Of a stretch of DNA of 64,000 nt, positions 62,417 to 64,000 are shown piece by piece (within the stretch, counting starts at the first letter, position 1; each line of letters opens with the position of its first letter). The stretch is from an uncultured Acidobacteriota bacterium (GTDB lineage Bacteria; Acidobacteriota; Thermoanaerobaculia; UBA5066; Gp7-AA6): contig CAVRUT010000013.1 in NCBI GenBank assembly GCA_963724465.1, positions 64,958-128,957 on the forward strand, read 5' to 3'. The position numbers and the translations under genes were made by a program. The notes under the pieces were generated by a model. That model made no database searches. It saw only the letters and a list, made by a program, of their open reading frames with translations, and was not told the DNA's origin.

Positions 62417-64000
62417 GCGACCCTCCGCTTCCAGTCGCGGAGCACCTGCCGCGAGGCGTTGTGGCCCGGCGCTCCCGTCACGCCGCCGCCCGGATGCGCG
62501 CCCGCGCCGCAGAGGTAGAGGCCATCGATCGGCGTGCGATAGCGCGCGAAGCCGGCCACCGGCCGCAGGAAGAAGAGCTGCTCCAGCGACAGGTCGCCGT
62601 GGAAGATGTTGCCCTCGGTCAGGCCGTAGGTCCGCTCGAGGTCGAGGGGCGTCAGGACCTGCCGGGCGACGACCGCGCCCGGCACGTTGGGCGCGTACTC
62701 GCCGATCTTGCGCACGACGCGGTCGCCCAGAAGCTCCCTCTTCTCGTCCCAGGTCCCCTCCTTCAGACGGTACGGCACGTACTGGACGAAGCAGGTCATG
62801 ACGTGCCGGCCCTCGGGAGCGAGGTCGGGTCCACGTTCGAGGCCACGACGCAGTCCACCCAGAGCTCCTCGGGGATTTCGCCCGAGCGGGCGATGCCGTA
62901 GCAGCGCTCGGCGAACTCGAGGGAGGGCACGAGTGTGAAGAGCGCGCGCTGCGGCTTCGTGAAGTCGCGCGGCATGCCCGGCGACGCGCGGCTCCTCGGA
63001 CAGCACGAAGTTGACCTTCGCGCAGGGGCCGTCCATCTTGATGCCCGCGACTGCCCGCCGGAACTCCTCCGGCAGCTCGCTTCGGCCCACGAGGCCGAGG
63101 AACGTGCGCTTCGGGTCGGCGTTCGAGACGACGACCTTCGCGGCGATCTCCGTGCCGTCCTCGAGGACGACACCGCGGGCACGTCCGCCAGACACGGCGA
63201 TGCGCTCGACCGGCGCGGACGTGCGGATCTCGGCGCCGAACTGCCGGGCGGCGGCGGCCATCGCCTGGGTGATCGCGCCCATGCCTCCGAGAACGTGGCC
63301 GTAGAAGCCCTGCAGCTCGTGCTCGCCGCCCGAGAGCAGGTGGAACAGCAGGCCCAGCGCCGTACCCGGGCGCGTAGGGTCCGCCGTGCTTGCCGTAGAC
63401 GTTGTTGGCGAGAAACAGCGTCTTGACCTTCTCGGACTCGTAGTTGCGGTCGAGGAAGTCGCCGAGGCTGCCGGTCAGGAACGACACCATGCGCGAGATC
63501 TCGCCGCCCGTGATCCCGCGAAACCGCCTGCCGACGCGCAGCGCCTCGAGAAGGCCGGCGAGGCCCCGCGTGTGCACGTCGGGGGGCGGCTCGAGAAAGA
63601 AGGGCTGCAGGTAGCGGGCGAGCTTCTTCAGCTCGTCGTCCACGCGAACGAACGTCCGGGCGTCGGCCGGCGAGAGCTTCGAGAGCTCCCGGACGGTCCG
63701 CTCGCGGTCCGACCACCAGGGGGCGACCGAGCCGTCGGGGAACGGGACGAGCAGAGCCGGGTCGCAGGGCACCATCCGCAGGCCGTGGCGCGCCAGGTCG
63801 AGGTCGCGGATGACCTCGGGCCGCAGCATGCTGGCGATGTACGAGGTCGTCGAAGCACGGCAGCCGGGCGCGATCTCCTCGGTCACGCACGCACCCCCGA
63901 CGATCGACCGCCGCTCGACCACCAGCGTCGACAGTCCGGCCCGGGCGAGGTAGGCCGCGGCCGTCAGACCGTTGTGGCCCCCGCCCACGACGACCGCGTC
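62413..64000 (-). CDS. CrtI/phytoene-desaturase-family NAD(P)/FAD-dependent oxidoreductase; N-terminus beyond window, at least 4 frame breaks
   Basis: VVVGGGHNGLTAAAYLARAGL... (61220..63988 frame), TKPQRALFTLVPSLEFAERCYGIARSGEIPEELWVD (62796..63890 frame), MGAITQAMAAAAR...LYLCGAGAHPGGGVTGAPG (62413..63282). Confidence 0.7.

Overview
High-GC (roughly 68-70% by eye) bacterial chromosomal window made mostly of core housekeeping operons. I see no CRISPR array, prophage or recognisable defence island. Minus-strand block (21.7 to 6.0 kb): tRNA-Val x2, thrS, infC, rpmI, rplT, pheS, pheT, zapB-like, zapA, rny, ymdB-like, GT2, bcp, trm112-like, O-antigen-ligase-like, xseA, xseB, ispA. Plus-strand block (30.0 to 39.4 kb): rimP, nusA, infB, DUF503, rbfA, truB, rpsO, pnp. 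Elsewhere: a ~1130-aa M4/PA secreted protease, LOG, pyrE, a sigma54-type response regulator, degP, tatD, metG and radC. There is also an RsbW/RsbV-like partner-switching pair next to a second polyprenyl synthase and an alkaline-phosphatase-family membrane protein, an ABC-2 exporter, two CPBP proteases and a 1136-aa beta-propeller/amidohydrolase. The window ends with a decayed IS481-family transposase that truncates a Rieske oxygenase gene, and a betaine-type cluster (animal-like BHMT, DAO-type and CrtI-type flavoproteins). Main signals: (1) A family of strictly 7-nt-periodic repeat arrays with a CGG/CCG core starts at or just after stop codons and fills whole intercistronic spacers at seven loci. 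Three loci are two-armed and can fold into ~28-bp hairpins that bring the stop and the next start codon together, with no Shine-Dalgarno. (2) bcp carries an in-frame TGA exactly at the peroxidatic Cys position, followed by a SECIS-like hairpin, so it is a probable selenoprotein. (3) At least 16 genes, including essential infB and pheS, need 1-6 reading-frame corrections. These cluster at 22.9-28.3 kb and 62.4-64.0 kb, so assembly indels must be excluded before calling pseudogenes. Neighbouring genes very often overlap by 4 nt (ATGA/GTGA, at least 13 junctions). Many very long ORFs in the supplied track are antisense shadow ORFs typical of high-GC DNA and were rejected. The lineage guess (Acidobacteriota-like or another high-GC Gram-negative) is inference only.
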